Positions 23,936 to 35,629 are shown, numbered from the stretch's first letter. The stretch: 64,000 bases of DNA from an uncultured Methanosarcinaceae archaeon (GCA_963833425.1 CAWHXP010000010.1:1-64000), one strand, 5' to 3'. Notes: generated by a model not told the origin, from the letters alone. Program-made: numbers and translations.

Positions 23936-24445
23936 CGATAAAATAATAAATTCAAATTAGTTACAATGATAAATTAAGAATCTAAACTACTATGGTTTTG
24001 ATGAAGTCAAATATATTATCAATTATTTGGGATAATTCTATAATGTTGCAAATTTTTTTCAGATTTTTTAACTGCTCTCATACACTTATTTGCATGTTCA
24101 TCTGAGATTTTTGCAACGGAACCTGAAAATATGCACAATGCTTAAACAAACCAAAGATGGATGCAACCTTCTTTGAGTTGTAAATATACTGCAACAATTA
24201 TAAGCAAAGAATACTTATTATATAGAACTCATCTATCTCGACTACCTAAAAAAACAACCATCTTAAAGTTCATAAAAATTTGAAGGTAGATTTGATTTTG
24301 AAGTAAACGATTAGCAGTAGAATGAGAAAGGTTCAGTTAGTATTGAAATTGTTAAAAACATAATATCAACATATTTTAAAAATATTTTATTCAACTTTAA
24401 ATTGTATATTCAAAAAATCTTATAGATTAAAGGAGACATATCCAC

Positions 24446-24661
24446 ATGCATGATTTAGCAGGAAAAGGACCAATAATACAGACTATAATGACTCAGACAT
24501 GGGAGCTTCTGACTGAAGAACAGAAAAAGAAAATTACAGTAATGAGAATGGATAAAATAATAAAAATTTTGGAAATGAAAATATCTGGTATGGAAAAAAT
24601 GATTGAAATGAAGAAAGAAACTATCGCTGATATTAAAAAAGCCCAGGAAATGTTCAAATAG
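24446..24661 (+). CDS. Small helical hypothetical protein
   Basis: AGGAG RBS; WELLTEEQKKKI followed by a coiled coil. Confidence 0.65.
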   Translation: MHDLAGKGPIIQTIMTQTWELLTEEQKKKITVMRMDKIIKILEMKISGMEKMIEMKKETIADIKKAQEMFK

Positions 24662-24844
24662 TAAAATAAATTCAATAGAATATAATAAAGAATTGAGTTC
24701 TATATGAATTTTCTCAAATACTAAATTTCTATAATTATTCACAGCCTTGAAAGGCTCTTTTTTTGGATGAACAAAGCATTTTTTAAATTTTTAATATTAT
24801 ATGTCTTTTTTGATAGGCCTATGGCCTAAATCAAATATCAGAGA

Positions 24845-25669
24845 ATGATATTAATGATCAACGTGAAGCATGATACTGAATTGTTAGCCGAAAAATATGA
24901 CAAAGTAAGCAAATATCAATACATCAATGGGCTGGCTTTAGTAGAGAAGTTAAATATCTCAGCCAGACATAAGGTGTTGGACGTAGGCTGTGGTACAGGG
25001 CGTCTCACATTGAAACTGATAGATAAGGTTGACCATATTACGGGTATTGATCCTTCTCTCCAAAGAATTGAAATAGCTCATAGGAAACTCACTCAAATGA
25101 ATCCCGGGAACGTAACTTTTGAGCTGGGAAGCAGTGATGACATCTGTCGCTACGGTGAAGACGTATTCGACGTTGTATACCTGAATGCAGTTTTTCACTG
25201 GATAAATGATAAAGAAGAAGCCCTGAATAATATTTACAGGGTATTAAAGCCCGGTGGAAGGCTTGGTATATGCACCGGTGATAAGGACCATCCGTTCACG
25301 GTAAAGATTATATTAAATGAAGTGCTAAGGAAAGCTGAAATCACTGATGAAGGCGCAGATTTCAGTGCTCCAGTAAATACAGTAGAGCTAGATTCACTGT
25401 TAAAAAAATCGGGTTTTAGGGTAATAAAAATAAAGCTAAAAAGAGACCCATGGTATTTCGAGACTCCTGCTAAATGTTTAGAATTCATCGAAGCTAGCTC
25501 CTTTGGGAATTTCCTGGGTAATATTCCGGTATCAGCACACGAAAAAGTAACGTCTGAAATTATGACAGAGCTGGAAAAATACCAGACTACAAAAGGCATA
25601 GAAAATGTTTCTCATACTTTGTTCGCACTTGCTGAAAAATCACTTGATAAATGTCATAAAAAGTCTTAA
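24845..25669 (+). CDS. Class I SAM-dependent methyltransferase
   Basis: VLDVGCGTG, FDVVYLNAVFHW, RVLKPGG. Confidence 0.92.
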   Translation: MILMINVKHDTELLAEKYDKVSKYQYINGLALVEKLNISARHKVLDVGCGTGRLTLKLIDKVDHITGIDPSLQRIEIAHRKLTQMNPGNVTFELGSSDDICRYGEDVFDVVYLNAVFHWINDKEEALNNIYRVLKPGGRLGICTGDKDHPFTVKIILNEVLRKAEITDEGADFSAPVNTVELDSLLKKSGFRVIKIKLKRDPWYFETPAKCLEFIEASSFGNFLGNIPVSAHEKVTSEIMTELEKYQTTKGIENVSHTLFALAEKSLDKCHKKS

Positions 25670-26030
25670 TCAAGCTATTTATGTCTTATTTTGAAAATGA
25701 AAGTGCAAATGACTATATTTATTAAAATTGACGTTTATTTCTTTTTTTCTCCCGATATAAGTAATTATTACTCGCATTTTTAACAAAACAACTTGATAGC
25801 AATCAAAAGCACTTTTAATCACTTTATATAAGTTTTATTATAATATTAACAGCTCAATTAGCTTTGTTTCTTAAAGCTTATTTTTATTTAATTTCTCTTA
25901 TTTTTAAAAGTAATTATTTATTAAAGGTAGTTAATTTGGGATTGGAAATCATTAAAAATACCTTTGTGGATTTTGAAATGATATATATATATATATAAAA
26001 ACAATAAATAAAAAAGAAGGAGATAAAAAG

Positions 26031-26330
26031 ATGATAAAACAAATGAAAAAGACGATTGGTATTTTGCTAGCAGTTTGTTTTTTAATGTCCGTGACTGCTG
26101 CAGCAGTAAGTGCAGTACCCAGTGTGGTTAAGGAGAAGAAAACCACTGCAGGAATAGGCGCAGGACCCGTTGTGGTTAAGGACAAGAAAACGGCTGTTTT
26201 AATATTTCAACATGTGAAGACTAAAATTTTCGGGCATCACCACCACAAGTTACATCGCCACCACAAGTTACATCACCACCACAAATTAACAAAAGCCGTA
26301 AAAGCCATGAAAGCTTTCGTGAATTCATGA
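26031..26330 (+). CDS. Small secreted His-rich leader-family peptide
   Basis: Signal ending AVSA; HHHHKL repeats; AGGAG RBS. Confidence 0.75.
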   Translation: MIKQMKKTIGILLAVCFLMSVTAAAVSAVPSVVKEKKTTAGIGAGPVVVKDKKTAVLIFQHVKTKIFGHHHHKLHRHHKLHHHHKLTKAVKAMKAFVNS

Positions 26331-26825
26331 AAGTTCAAAAAGCTATCATTCTAATACCATTGCTTAAAAATTAATCAAAAGTCTCTAAAGTGTTTTTGGT
26401 GGTATTCGGTGATATCTATAAGAAGACTTACAAAGCATATCTGCTTATGTCACCATGGATACCACAATAAACAACTTTTTGGGATGAATATTACTATTCC
26501 ACTGCTAACTAGATATTAAAACATAGAATGTAGGGCAAAACATATTATGAAGTTTGATTCTATTAAAAATTAAAAAAGAATAACAAAAAGAGATAAACAT
26601 GTTTTTGAATATTGACTTACCTTTTCGGGGATTATTGGTAAAGAAGAAATTTTAAATTTTTATATTTATCATAAAGTTCTTTTGTGCATTGTTTTATATT
26701 CTAACGCAATTGTCTTATTTCTGTTCCTAAAGACATGATCTTTTTTTATCATGAAAATTTAGTTCTGTATCAACTAACTAGGATGAAATTACCATATTTG
26801 AAAGATATTTTCTGTGACTGTATAC

Positions 26826-26948
26826 CTAAATTTTGCAAAATCTTTCCTTTTTTTGCATTTCTAGTGCTTTTCGTTTTTTCATAAGTTCTTTTAATGTTGG
26901 TGGGACTACGCACATACTCTCAAGTTTTTTATTATCCGCAATGTACAT
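26826..26948 (-). CDS. Conserved 40-aa basic small protein, copy 1
   Basis: MYIADNKKLESMCVVPPTLKELMKKRKALEMQKKERFCKI; frame intact in the second copy at 39223-39345. Confidence 0.5.
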   Translation of the reverse strand: MYIADNKKLESMCVVPPTLKELMKKRKALEMQKKERFCKI

Positions 26949-27289
26949 TGGTCTTTTTTATATATACATATATATATTATTGTTATTTATATGTGCCTAT
27001 TTTCTCTGCGTTTTATCACTACAAAAAAATAGGACTTATAGTTTTGTTGATATGGAAATTTTCATACAAAGCATGTGCATCCTAGGGTTAAAATAATTCA
27101 AATATTTGGACCAAAATAGAAACCAGTATTAAGATTAACAGTCTCAATATTCATAAGTATAAATGAAAACTAGATAACAGGAAACAAGTAGATAAATTAA
27201 TTCCAAGTGCTCTATAGGCTCTATAAGTCCCAGAAGCTCCATTAGCAATAAATCAATACCTTTTTCTTATTTCTTATGGAACTTAGGGA

Positions 27290-27320
27290 CTGAAGAGATT
27301 TTAGCACAAAAAATGTGTAT
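27290..27320. repeat. Family A dyad site
   Basis: ctgaagagatttt-agcac-aaaaaatgtgtat. Confidence 0.75.
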
Positions 27321-27492
27321 AGTAAATCTACAATGAACACAATTTCTGTAAAACTCCGAGTTCAACAAACTGTTGATATAAGCTTATATAAGTACCCGAA
27401 TAAAAAATAGAGTTTGTCTAAATTCTCTTAATTTTTAGAGAGTTTCAAAAAGACTAAAAACACAATTAATATAAAATTATTGTACGACGTCA

Positions 27493-27620
27493 AAGCAATT
27501 TATATGGAAATTATTTTTATTCTAAAACATTTTATGTGAAAGTAATTTTTGTTCTTAAACATTTTATGTGGAAGTGATTTTTATTCTTAAACATTTTATG
27601 TGGAGATAATTTTAATTCAG
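27493..27620. repeat. Tandem repeat, 4 x 32 bp
   Basis: aaacattttatgtg at 27525, 27557 and 27589, degenerate copy at 27493; no spacers. Confidence 0.85.
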
Positions 27621-27980
27621 AAACTATTTTTCATATCGATTATTTGAAATAAAGTAAAATGCAATTCTTTACATTGTAGCTTAAAGTGAATGAATCAAGA
27701 GCAAAAGAGATGGAATGCTCAATTGTAAATGTTAGTATATGAGATAATTATAGTTAATTTAGATAAATTTTCTATTTCAATAAATTGCTTATATTGGCTT
27801 ATATGAGCAATCAGGCAAAAATTTGAGAGCCCACAAAATAAATTCATTAAAATTAGGATATATAAAAGGAACTATATAAATAAATACTCAAATTTGAAAA
27901 TCATAAGCGATTGGAATAAAAACGATTGTATAGTAAACGCGGTCGTCTTAAGAGATGACCTTTCAAAAGTAGGGATTATT

Positions 27981-28793
27981 ATGAATGAACAAGCAAGCAA
28001 TCCAAAAATCTGTTACGATCGTATTCTTCCGGAACATCTGCACCCGATCAGCAACATGATACACCAAGCAGACATCGCAGCTGCACTACATGGCACGGAT
28101 TTAAAATCGCCGCGTGCGCTCTTCCACAACCTCGACCCGAGGCAGATCATTCCGGCAGAGCGATTGGCACTGATCACTTTTAAACAGTGGCCAGTCGGCT
28201 CTACGCTCAAGTGCCGTTTCCTCGGCGGCTCGGAAGCCCAGCAGGACAAGGCCATCAAGATGGCCAACGAATGGATGGACTACGCGAACATCAACATCGC
28301 CTTCGTAGATACCCAGGATGCAGCTGTTCGGATTGCTTTTATACCGGGGCAGGGCTCGTGGTCGGCCATAGGCGTGGACGCGCTGGATACGTCGGCGTCG
28401 GGTTTCCCCAAAGATCAGCCGACCATGAATTTTGGCTGGCTCGATGAGACGACCGATGATACTGAATGGAGGCGCGTGGTCGTCCACGAATTTGGGCACG
28501 CGCTGGGTTGCATTCACGAGCACCAACAGCCCAACGAGCAACTCGACTGGGATACGGCGGCGGTATACAATTACTTCTCGAAGCCTCCGAATAGCTGGGA
28601 CAAGGACACGATAGACCACAATATCCTCGAGAAATATTCGGCTGAGGGAATATCGGCGACCCTTTTCGACCCGAACTCGATCATGTTGTACATGTTCCCG
28701 CCAGAGCTATTCCTGGATCACAAGGGGACGAACAATAATACGGATCTTTCGGACATGGACAAGGCGTTCATCCAGCAGATGTACCCAAAATGA
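27981..28793 (+). CDS. Zinc metallopeptidase (metzincin, M12A/astacin-like)
   Basis: HEFGHALGCIHEH and Met-turn SIMLY; visibly GC-rich. Confidence 0.9.
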   Translation: MNEQASNPKICYDRILPEHLHPISNMIHQADIAAALHGTDLKSPRALFHNLDPRQIIPAERLALITFKQWPVGSTLKCRFLGGSEAQQDKAIKMANEWMDYANINIAFVDTQDAAVRIAFIPGQGSWSAIGVDALDTSASGFPKDQPTMNFGWLDETTDDTEWRRVVVHEFGHALGCIHEHQQPNEQLDWDTAAVYNYFSKPPNSWDKDTIDHNILEKYSAEGISATLFDPNSIMLYMFPPELFLDHKGTNNNTDLSDMDKAFIQQMYPK

Positions 28794-29218
28794 TCTCTCT
28801 TTTTATATTTTTTTAATTTTTAGTATACTTATGCGAGGCTTTCAAATTAGAATGCTTGATGCTATCCAGGATATTATTGAAAATGTGTGTTCTTTTTATC
28901 CAGAAGATCTATGCATTATGAAAAATAGTTAGTGACTCACTATTTTGATAATACCATACATTTAGGTTGCGTTATTCTCTCTTCTTTTTTGTCAGATTTG
29001 ATTTTAAATAATTTAACAGGATTGTTTTTATAAGAAAATGTATGGGTTTAGTGCATAAATATACACGCTTTTAAGATGATTTATGAATTAAAATCTTCTT
29101 TTTTTGCAAATTGAACTATCAACCCTGATATAGTTAGACAATGTACTGAAAGTCCTGTAAAAGCGAATGTTTTCCATTTTTCTCTTTCCTTACAAAACAG
29201 GATTTCTCTGTTTCATGT

Positions 29219-29249
29219 ATACATAGGTTTTATAGCAAAACATCTGCAT
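29219..29249. repeat. Family A dyad site
   Basis: atacataggtttt-atagc-aaaacatctgcat. Confidence 0.88.
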
Positions 29250-29555
29250 TTTCCAATTTAGCGACCGCATGCATACAATTCTATATTTAGTTCTGGTGCC
29301 TTATGTTTACTAGGGCCTGCAGCATGAATGCTTAAAACGCATTATTTTAGCGTGGAACTCTAGTATGTAATTTTTTTTCCTGGCTATAATCGCTATAGCT
29401 TTTAATTCTACAGAAAATTATGCACACTGCTTTCCATTGCGTTTTACTATTAAATTTCACAGGTTAATCGAGCCTTAATTTTAAATATGGAATACAAAAT
29501 ATATTACATTACTAATTCCGCGATTTATAGCTTAAATTCAGGATCATGAGGCTAC

Positions 29556-29888
29556 ATGACAGTAAATACCGCCATTAAATCAAGCGATAAAAAAACAAAA
29601 GATGCAGCATATTTCTCAAAAATTTTACGGCAGCATCTTCAGAAACTTGTACAAGAGTATAATATTAGCTATCTGGGTATTTTTGGTTCTTACATTCGCG
29701 GTGAACAACAAGAGGATAGTGATCTTGATATTCTTGTGGAATTCTCTAAAGAACCTAATCTCTTAGAATTCATAGGGCTCAAGCAGGAGCTTTCAGAAAT
29801 ACTTGGCGTAGAAGTGGATCTTGTCATGAAAAATGCGTTAAAATCGAGAATTGGGAAAAGGATTCTTGAAGAGGTCATGCAGGTATGA
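29556..29888 (+). CDS. Minimal nucleotidyltransferase antitoxin (MntA-like)
   Basis: FGSYIRGEQQEDSDLDILVEF. Confidence 0.92.
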   Translation: MTVNTAIKSSDKKTKDAAYFSKILRQHLQKLVQEYNISYLGIFGSYIRGEQQEDSDLDILVEFSKEPNLLEFIGLKQELSEILGVEVDLVMKNALKSRIGKRILEEVMQV

Positions 29889-30235
29889 TCAAGCGTAACG
29901 TCGTAGATTATTTGCAGGATATCCTTGAGACAATTAAAAGTTGTGAACGTTTTATTGCAGGAATGGATTTCGATCAGTTTGCTTCCGATGAAAAAACAAT
30001 TTTTGCCGTAAACCATGCACTTGAAATTATTGGGGAAGCAACGAAACATATTCCTGAAGAAATTAGAAAGGCGTATCCACTTGTTCCCTGGAGAAGAATG
30101 GCTGGAATTAGGGATGTTATAATTCATGCTTACTTTGGTGTAAATTTGAATGTTGTCTGGAATACTGCAAATGAAAGATTACCTGAACTAAAAATGGCTA
30201 TTGAAAAGATACTTGAAGACAGAACCTTTGAATAA
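29885..30235 (+). CDS. HEPN/DUF86 RNase toxin
   Basis: LEIIGEA, RDVIIHAY. Confidence 0.92.
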   Translation: MIKRNVVDYLQDILETIKSCERFIAGMDFDQFASDEKTIFAVNHALEIIGEATKHIPEEIRKAYPLVPWRRMAGIRDVIIHAYFGVNLNVVWNTANERLPELKMAIEKILEDRTFE

Positions 30236-30467
30236 AGCTTTCTTTTAAAGAGATGAGAGATCTGACAGGATAGGCTTCTGTAGAACTTAATCATTCTTCT
30301 TTGGCGATTATTATGCCTACAATAATGTTGATAAAAAGATAATAACAAGCTAAAAAGGTCACCCAACACATGCTCAATTACAATACGATGGAATTTGGGT
30401 TAAGGGTCTGAATGTTACAAAGATGAACTATTATGGAAATCAAACTTCATCGTGAATTGGAGAGGTT

Positions 30468-30500
30468 GATACTATTGGCGATGCACACACCAACAGTATC
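30468..30500. repeat. 33-bp dyad, family B
   Basis: gatactattgg-cgatgcacaca-ccaacagtatc. Confidence 0.8.
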
Positions 30501-30594
30501 TAATTTACTGTATGAGGATTTGTTTGTCTGTTCGACAAAACAATATTTGTTCTAATACATTAAAAACTTTTTCTATAAGTAGTTAGCCTTTTAG

Positions 30595-30625
30595 ATACAC
30601 AGGTTTAATATTATAATCTATGTAT
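30595..30625. repeat. Family A dyad site
   Basis: atacacaggttta-atatt-ataatctatgtat. Confidence 0.8.
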
Positions 30626-30851
30626 TGTATATCATCTCGATAAATAAATAGACCTCTTACATATATAGTAAGCTCAAAACATGTGATCATCTATTTTTTT
30701 TAATATAAAACCACGCGCTGCATTTGCTCAATATTTCATAGTACTTTTGAGTTGTATAATTTATTTATTTCTTGATTTCACGATTTTTGTAACAACATTG
30801 ATTTCTATTAAATGAAATATATTTTATAAAATTGGACGAATTGGTTAATAT

Positions 30852-31337
30852 ATGGAAAATTTGCTAATGGAGCTAAAAGGTCACAATGGTCAGCTCGAAC
30901 TTTACAAAGATAAAGTTATTATCAAACGGAAGGGCTTTTTCGCAAAATTATATTTTGGATTCGTTAAAGGAGACAAAACAATTTATTTGAACCGGATTTC
31001 CGGAATAAAACTGAAAGAATGTGGACTTTGGATGGGGTATATACAGTTCATACTTCCAGGAAATATCGAAATTACACGTGAATCTATTAATGGGATACAA
31101 AATGACGAAAACACCGTTACATTTGGATTATGTCCTTTCAATCGTGGTAAATACAACAATCTTGCCAACCAAATAAAATTGGAAATCGAAAACAGAATTT
31201 TAAATTATTCTCAACAAGTAATAAATTCTAATTCAAATGGGCCGGATACAATAAGGAAATATAAACAATTATGTGATGATGGCATAATTACCAAGGAAGA
31301 ATATGAAGCAAAGAAAAAAGAAATATTAGGCCTTTAA
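30852..31337 (+). CDS. DUF4429-like domain protein with C-terminal SHOCT
   Basis: KGHNGQLEL, GYIQF, DENTVTF; SHOCT LCDDGIITKEEYEAKKKEIL. Confidence 0.8.
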   Translation: MENLLMELKGHNGQLELYKDKVIIKRKGFFAKLYFGFVKGDKTIYLNRISGIKLKECGLWMGYIQFILPGNIEITRESINGIQNDENTVTFGLCPFNRGKYNNLANQIKLEIENRILNYSQQVINSNSNGPDTIRKYKQLCDDGIITKEEYEAKKKEILGL

Positions 31338-31374
31338 GGTTATGTGAATTCTTAGTCTGCTGATTAGTTTAAGA

Positions 31375-31407
31375 AGTACTGTTGATTATTCACATACCAA
31401 CAGTATT
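31375..31407. repeat. 33-bp dyad, family B
   Basis: agtactgttga-ttattcacata-ccaacagtatt. Confidence 0.75.
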
Positions 31408-31502
31408 TATTTTACTTAAAAAATTTTATTTATTTGTTCTACAAAATATTAATTATTCTTTTACTTTAGAAATATTTTTAATACTATCGGTTTTAAAATA
31501 TG

Positions 31503-31533
31503 ATGCATAGGTTTTCACAAAAAAACTGTGTAT
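31503..31533. repeat. Family A dyad site
   Basis: atgcataggtttt-cacaa-aaaaactgtgtat. Confidence 0.88.
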
Positions 31534-31943
31534 TTAAGAATTACACATTGAATATGAACACTTACAAAAAAATATTTTTTTAAGGTGCTATAAATATAAT
31601 GAAACAGTAAACAAAATAGAAAATTAAAGCTTATAGGGCAAATTGTAAAGAAAATTATGCACGCTGCCCTAGTTAAATAGTCATGGGAATTATTATTTCA
31701 GATAATTTCGAAAAAGCTTAAATTCTGAAATTGTTTCTTCCATTTAACCGAAAATGAAGCAAAAAAATGTAGCGGTTTAGATGTTAATATTATGAACAAA
31801 ATCTGTTGGCAGAATTCGTGTGAGGAGATTTTAGCTTACTTGAATATTCTTATTAAATGTATTCCTCTCATAATTTTTCGTAACTGAACCTTTGCAGAAG
31901 AGTTAAGAGATTTGAGAACTTTGGTTAATTCTGAAAATAGTTG

Positions 31944-32714
31944 TTACTTGTCTTCTATGATATCACTTGGCACAATTAGTCGTTCATAGATGGCTTTTTG
32001 CAAATAAGCAACAATCGGCAAGTTAATTATCAAGCCTTCTCTTCTGTTTCCTGCTCTGTAAACTGTTATTGATATCTTTCCATCGGCAATCATAAAAAAT
32101 TCTTCTTTATACTGAACGCCGTCAATTGCAATTTTATTCATAAAACTTGTAAACTTTTTTGAAGTTTCTCTGAAATCAAGAGACATTGATGTGAACTTGT
32201 CCAGTTTATCAACGATAAGATTTACACTACAAATTTTTCCCAAATTTTTTATCTCTGGCTCAAACTCCTGTAGAAATTCGGGATTTGTAGAATAGATAAT
32301 CACTTCTTCTCTAATTCCGTTCATAATTTCACGTATACGGACTTTCATTACACGGTCACTCTGAATATACCAAACAGGAGATTTTTTTGGGAGTTCATAA
32401 CTTAGTTCATTGAGCTGGTTAAGTGTATCAATTGAACAGTTTAAAAAATCGTCTCTTATTTCTTCGATTACCTCCTTAGGATCAACTGCTCGGAAATATG
32501 TTGGAGATCCCTGCTTCACTTCCAGATAGCCTTTCTTCGCAAGCGTGTTAAGAATCTCATAGATTTTAGCTCTTGGCACATTTGTAAATTCATGAATTTC
32601 GCGAGCTGTAGCTTCTCTCAAACTAACAAGTCCTACATATGCCTTTGCTTCATTTTCGGTTAGCCCAAGCTTTTCAAGATTACTAATTAACTGAAGATTT
32701 ATCTGAGAACACAT
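31944..32714 (-). CDS. TrmB-family transcriptional regulator
   Basis: LGLTENEAKAY...VPRAKIYEILNTLAKKG...FRAVDP. Confidence 0.92.
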   Translation of the reverse strand: MCSQINLQLISNLEKLGLTENEAKAYVGLVSLREATAREIHEFTNVPRAKIYEILNTLAKKGYLEVKQGSPTYFRAVDPKEVIEEIRDDFLNCSIDTLNQLNELSYELPKKSPVWYIQSDRVMKVRIREIMNGIREEVIIYSTNPEFLQEFEPEIKNLGKICSVNLIVDKLDKFTSMSLDFRETSKKFTSFMNKIAIDGVQYKEEFFMIADGKISITVYRAGNRREGLIINLPIVAYLQKAIYERLIVPSDIIEDK

Positions 32715-32880
32715 GTTACTACTATAGTAACAACAGATTTAAATACTCTCTGTTTATTATTTTTATCTATAGCAGGATTAGAAAGTTATTGGCCTTTTGA
32801 TGTTGATTTTATATCCAAGTGCGTAAGTCCTGCTGTAGATACGATGTGTGAGAAAATTGAAACTATATGGAGATTGTTTT

Positions 32881-33822
32881 ATGACAGAAACAGAAAAATT
32901 AGGCTTTCCGGAATATCTGGAATTTGACGCGGAACAAGCCCGGAAAGAAATAGTTGAATTTGTTAGGAATCAGGTAACCAATTTTAGGAAAGATGGTGTA
33001 GTGGTCGGCCTTTCTGGCGGACTGGATTCATCGACGGTTGCATACCTGTGTGCTGAAGCACTAGGCAAGGATAAGGTTTACGGTCTTATACTGCCCGATC
33101 GTGACACTAAGCCACAGAACACAGATGATGGTATGAACTTGGCTAAGAGCCTCGGAATACCTCACCAGAAGATCGTTATTTCGCCGTTTCTAAAAGAGCT
33201 GGGTGCATACGACATCATTTCCCACGAAAAGGCATCTGACAGGAAGGCCATAGAGAAGGCCGGGGAAAGCTTTACAATAATTAATGATAAGGAGTTGCCT
33301 TCAACCGAGAACTTCAGCCCAACAGCAACTGTCGGTGCATCATCCGCGTCTCTAAGGGATTTTATGGCTGTGGGGGGAGCAAAATTACACACAAGGATGA
33401 CAGTATTGTATTTCTATGCCACTCTCAAGAATTACCTGCTTGTGGGCACCGATGACAATTCCGAGTTAACTATGGGTGTGTACGACCGGTATGGCGATGG
33501 TGCCTGTGACATTTCTATCATGTCGCATCTATACAAAACGCAGATAAAACAACTGGCAAAGCACATTGGGGTACCGGATCACATCGTAAACAAGACATCC
33601 TCTGCGGACCTTTTTGGGGACAGCATGCCCAACGAAAAGTTAATTGGATTATCTTATCTAAAGTTGGATGACATCCTCGTTGGCATCAGGAAGAGCGGCT
33701 TAAGTGATGACGATATTGCCAGAAGAGCAGGAGTGAAACCGGCTGTAGTGCAATCTGTCAGGAAGGGGATGAAAGATGCCAGCTTTGTTGCAAATTTGCC
33801 GATATCAGTAAAAAGAATATAA
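32881..33822 (+). CDS. nadE: NH3-dependent NAD+ synthetase homolog
   Basis: VGLSGGLDS PP-loop, RMTVLY, GT..SE, YGDG, LYKTQ. Confidence 0.85.
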   Translation: MTETEKLGFPEYLEFDAEQARKEIVEFVRNQVTNFRKDGVVVGLSGGLDSSTVAYLCAEALGKDKVYGLILPDRDTKPQNTDDGMNLAKSLGIPHQKIVISPFLKELGAYDIISHEKASDRKAIEKAGESFTIINDKELPSTENFSPTATVGASSASLRDFMAVGGAKLHTRMTVLYFYATLKNYLLVGTDDNSELTMGVYDRYGDGACDISIMSHLYKTQIKQLAKHIGVPDHIVNKTSSADLFGDSMPNEKLIGLSYLKLDDILVGIRKSGLSDDDIARRAGVKPAVVQSVRKGMKDASFVANLPISVKRI

Positions 33823-34001
33823 AAAAGTTAAATGCCCATAAAATGTTGCCATGAATAAAACACAAATTGGAAGGAATGTGATTTTATTAGATAAATATTA
33901 TACTTAAACAGAAAATAGCAGATGTAACAATTAAACCTACAAAAAATCAGTTGAATAATATCGATTTTGATATTGATGAAAAAATAAATTAGGTGAGACA
34001 A

Positions 34002-34175
34002 ATGCTAAACCAATTATCTAGTAGAATTAAAAAAGTATTGGCTATTTTTATGGCAGTACTTTTTGTTGTATCGTTGACAGGAGTAGCGGTTGAAGCACAC
34101 GGCGGCGGTCATGGTGGCTTCGGCGGCTAAGGCTGGGGCTGGCCTTATCTAGGTTATGATTATCCCTACTACTAA
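34002..34175 (+). pseudogene. Small secreted Gly/Trp/Tyr-rich leader-family peptide with internal TAA
   Basis: MLNQLSSRIKKVLAIFMAVLFVVSLTGVAVEAHGGGHGGFGG*GWGWPYLGYDYPYY; AGGTGA RBS. Confidence 0.65.
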
Positions 34176-34788
34176 ATAGGGTTATGCTATCCATATTATT
34201 CTAGAAATATATGGAGCTCTATGCATGATGGACAATACTAAGCCCCCACAACTTTAACCCAAGACCAAAATTAAAATCAAACTGGAACTCAAACGCGAGC
34301 TTCACCACCTGGAGCTCCAACCAAATAAAAACTCAACAAAAAACGCTGAAAGTGATATATTAAAGATATATAATAATTAATATATTCACAGAGGATTATA
34401 TCTTTGATTTATTTTTTGTAGAGATCTTATTTAACTCTTTCTTTTTAATCTGTTCTTTGAAGCCATTTTATATTAAATTTCATACGTCAGTGTTTAGTTA
34501 CCTTGACTTTTTTAAAACAGCAGCTTAATTTCAATTGCTTTGTCATATGCTTTTATTGCTTCATCTAATTTGCTTAGTTTCACTCGACTAATTCCTTTAT
34601 TATATCAAGCGTCTAAATCTCGAAGGTTGTCTGATGTAGCAGAAGCACTTAGTAGTGTAAGGATAAGAATTAAAACAGTTTTCAATGCAAATTGATTAAA
34701 GGTAATTTTTGTCATGCTTTTTTGTCCAAGCTGAATTGTTATGACTGCCGTTTTCCTGGATTAAGTTTTGAATATAAACAGTTTTCTT

Positions 34789-34820
34789 ATGCATAGATTT
34801 ATATAGCAAAATCTCTGCAT
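34789..34820. repeat. Family A dyad site
   Basis: atgcatagattta-tatagc-aaaatctctgcat. Confidence 0.88.
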
Positions 34821-35112
34821 TAGGATACCTGTTTTGTAAGCCTGATATACGATGCACGAATGTGCCTTCTCCTTATTATTACACCTACAAGGAAGGAAAC
34901 AGAAACAGATTACTCACTCACTACTAGAAAAACCAAGACCGGAAAAAAGAGCGATAAAGGGAAAAGCAAAATATAAGTGGATCTTTTAATTTTGTAAAGG
35001 AACTGTGAAAAATGAAAAAATATTATCCATTACAATTACCATCAACCACTAACAATAAACTATGAATGTTAATAAATCGTATATAGTAGCGTAGTTTCTT
35101 GAAAATTTACGG

Positions 35113-35370
35113 GTGGATAGACTGGGTAATATGAAAGGCGGTAAAACAAAATTTCAAAAAAAATTTACAGAAGATATGTTCCTGAATGCGCTATCAATTG
35201 ACAGTATTAAGTCCACTACAACTATTATGAGTTTAGTAGGATGCAGCAGGTCCACTGCCAAAATCATGCTTTATAAGCTTGTAAATGAAGGTAAAGTAAA
35301 TAAAATAGAAATCGAAGGCGACGGATACGGTTGGCAAAAAGTGAAAGGTGATTTAAATGAGTTTCATTGA
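35113..35370 (+). CDS. Small winged-HTH protein
   Basis: STTTIMSLVGCSRSTAKIMLYKLVNEGKV; start may be the downstream ATG. Confidence 0.6.
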   Translation: MDRLGNMKGGKTKFQKKFTEDMFLNALSIDSIKSTTTIMSLVGCSRSTAKIMLYKLVNEGKVNKIEIEGDGYGWQKVKGDLNEFH

Positions 35371-35629
35371 TAGCTACAGAAAAGAAATCAGTCCAGAATT
35401 TGCATTGCAACTCATGCCTGAATTAAAAGAAGATTATCTCCAAGATCGTCCGTGTAAATGGGAAGAAGATACGATACAGCTTTGGAAAGTCGCAAGTGCA
35501 TTTATTGAAGATTGTGACCCATCAATCGAGAAACGTTCTTTTTTGTGTACTCCGGTATTTTTTGACAAAACAGGTAAACATAGATATTTCACATCACACG
35601 AAAAAAACAATGCAAGAGCAAATAGCTGA
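35357..35629 (+). CDS. Hypothetical protein
   Basis: Overlaps the upstream ORF; GGTGA RBS. Confidence 0.5.
   Translation: MSFIDSYRKEISPEFALQLMPELKEDYLQDRPCKWEEDTIQLWKVASAFIEDCDPSIEKRSFLCTPVFFDKTGKHRYFTSHEKNNARANS

Noticed and set aside
27493..27620. CRISPR array
   Set aside because: Units are contiguous with no unique spacers, and no cas genes are present.
28013..28619. Overlapping alternative-frame ORFs in the protease gene, and similar shadow ORFs over feoB, cam, dtxR and TA genes
   Set aside because: They overlap well-supported genes and have no recognisable motifs.
34520..34715. TPR gene relic similar to 10920-10980
   Set aside because: Short and broken by stops; a real fragment at most, with no callable product.
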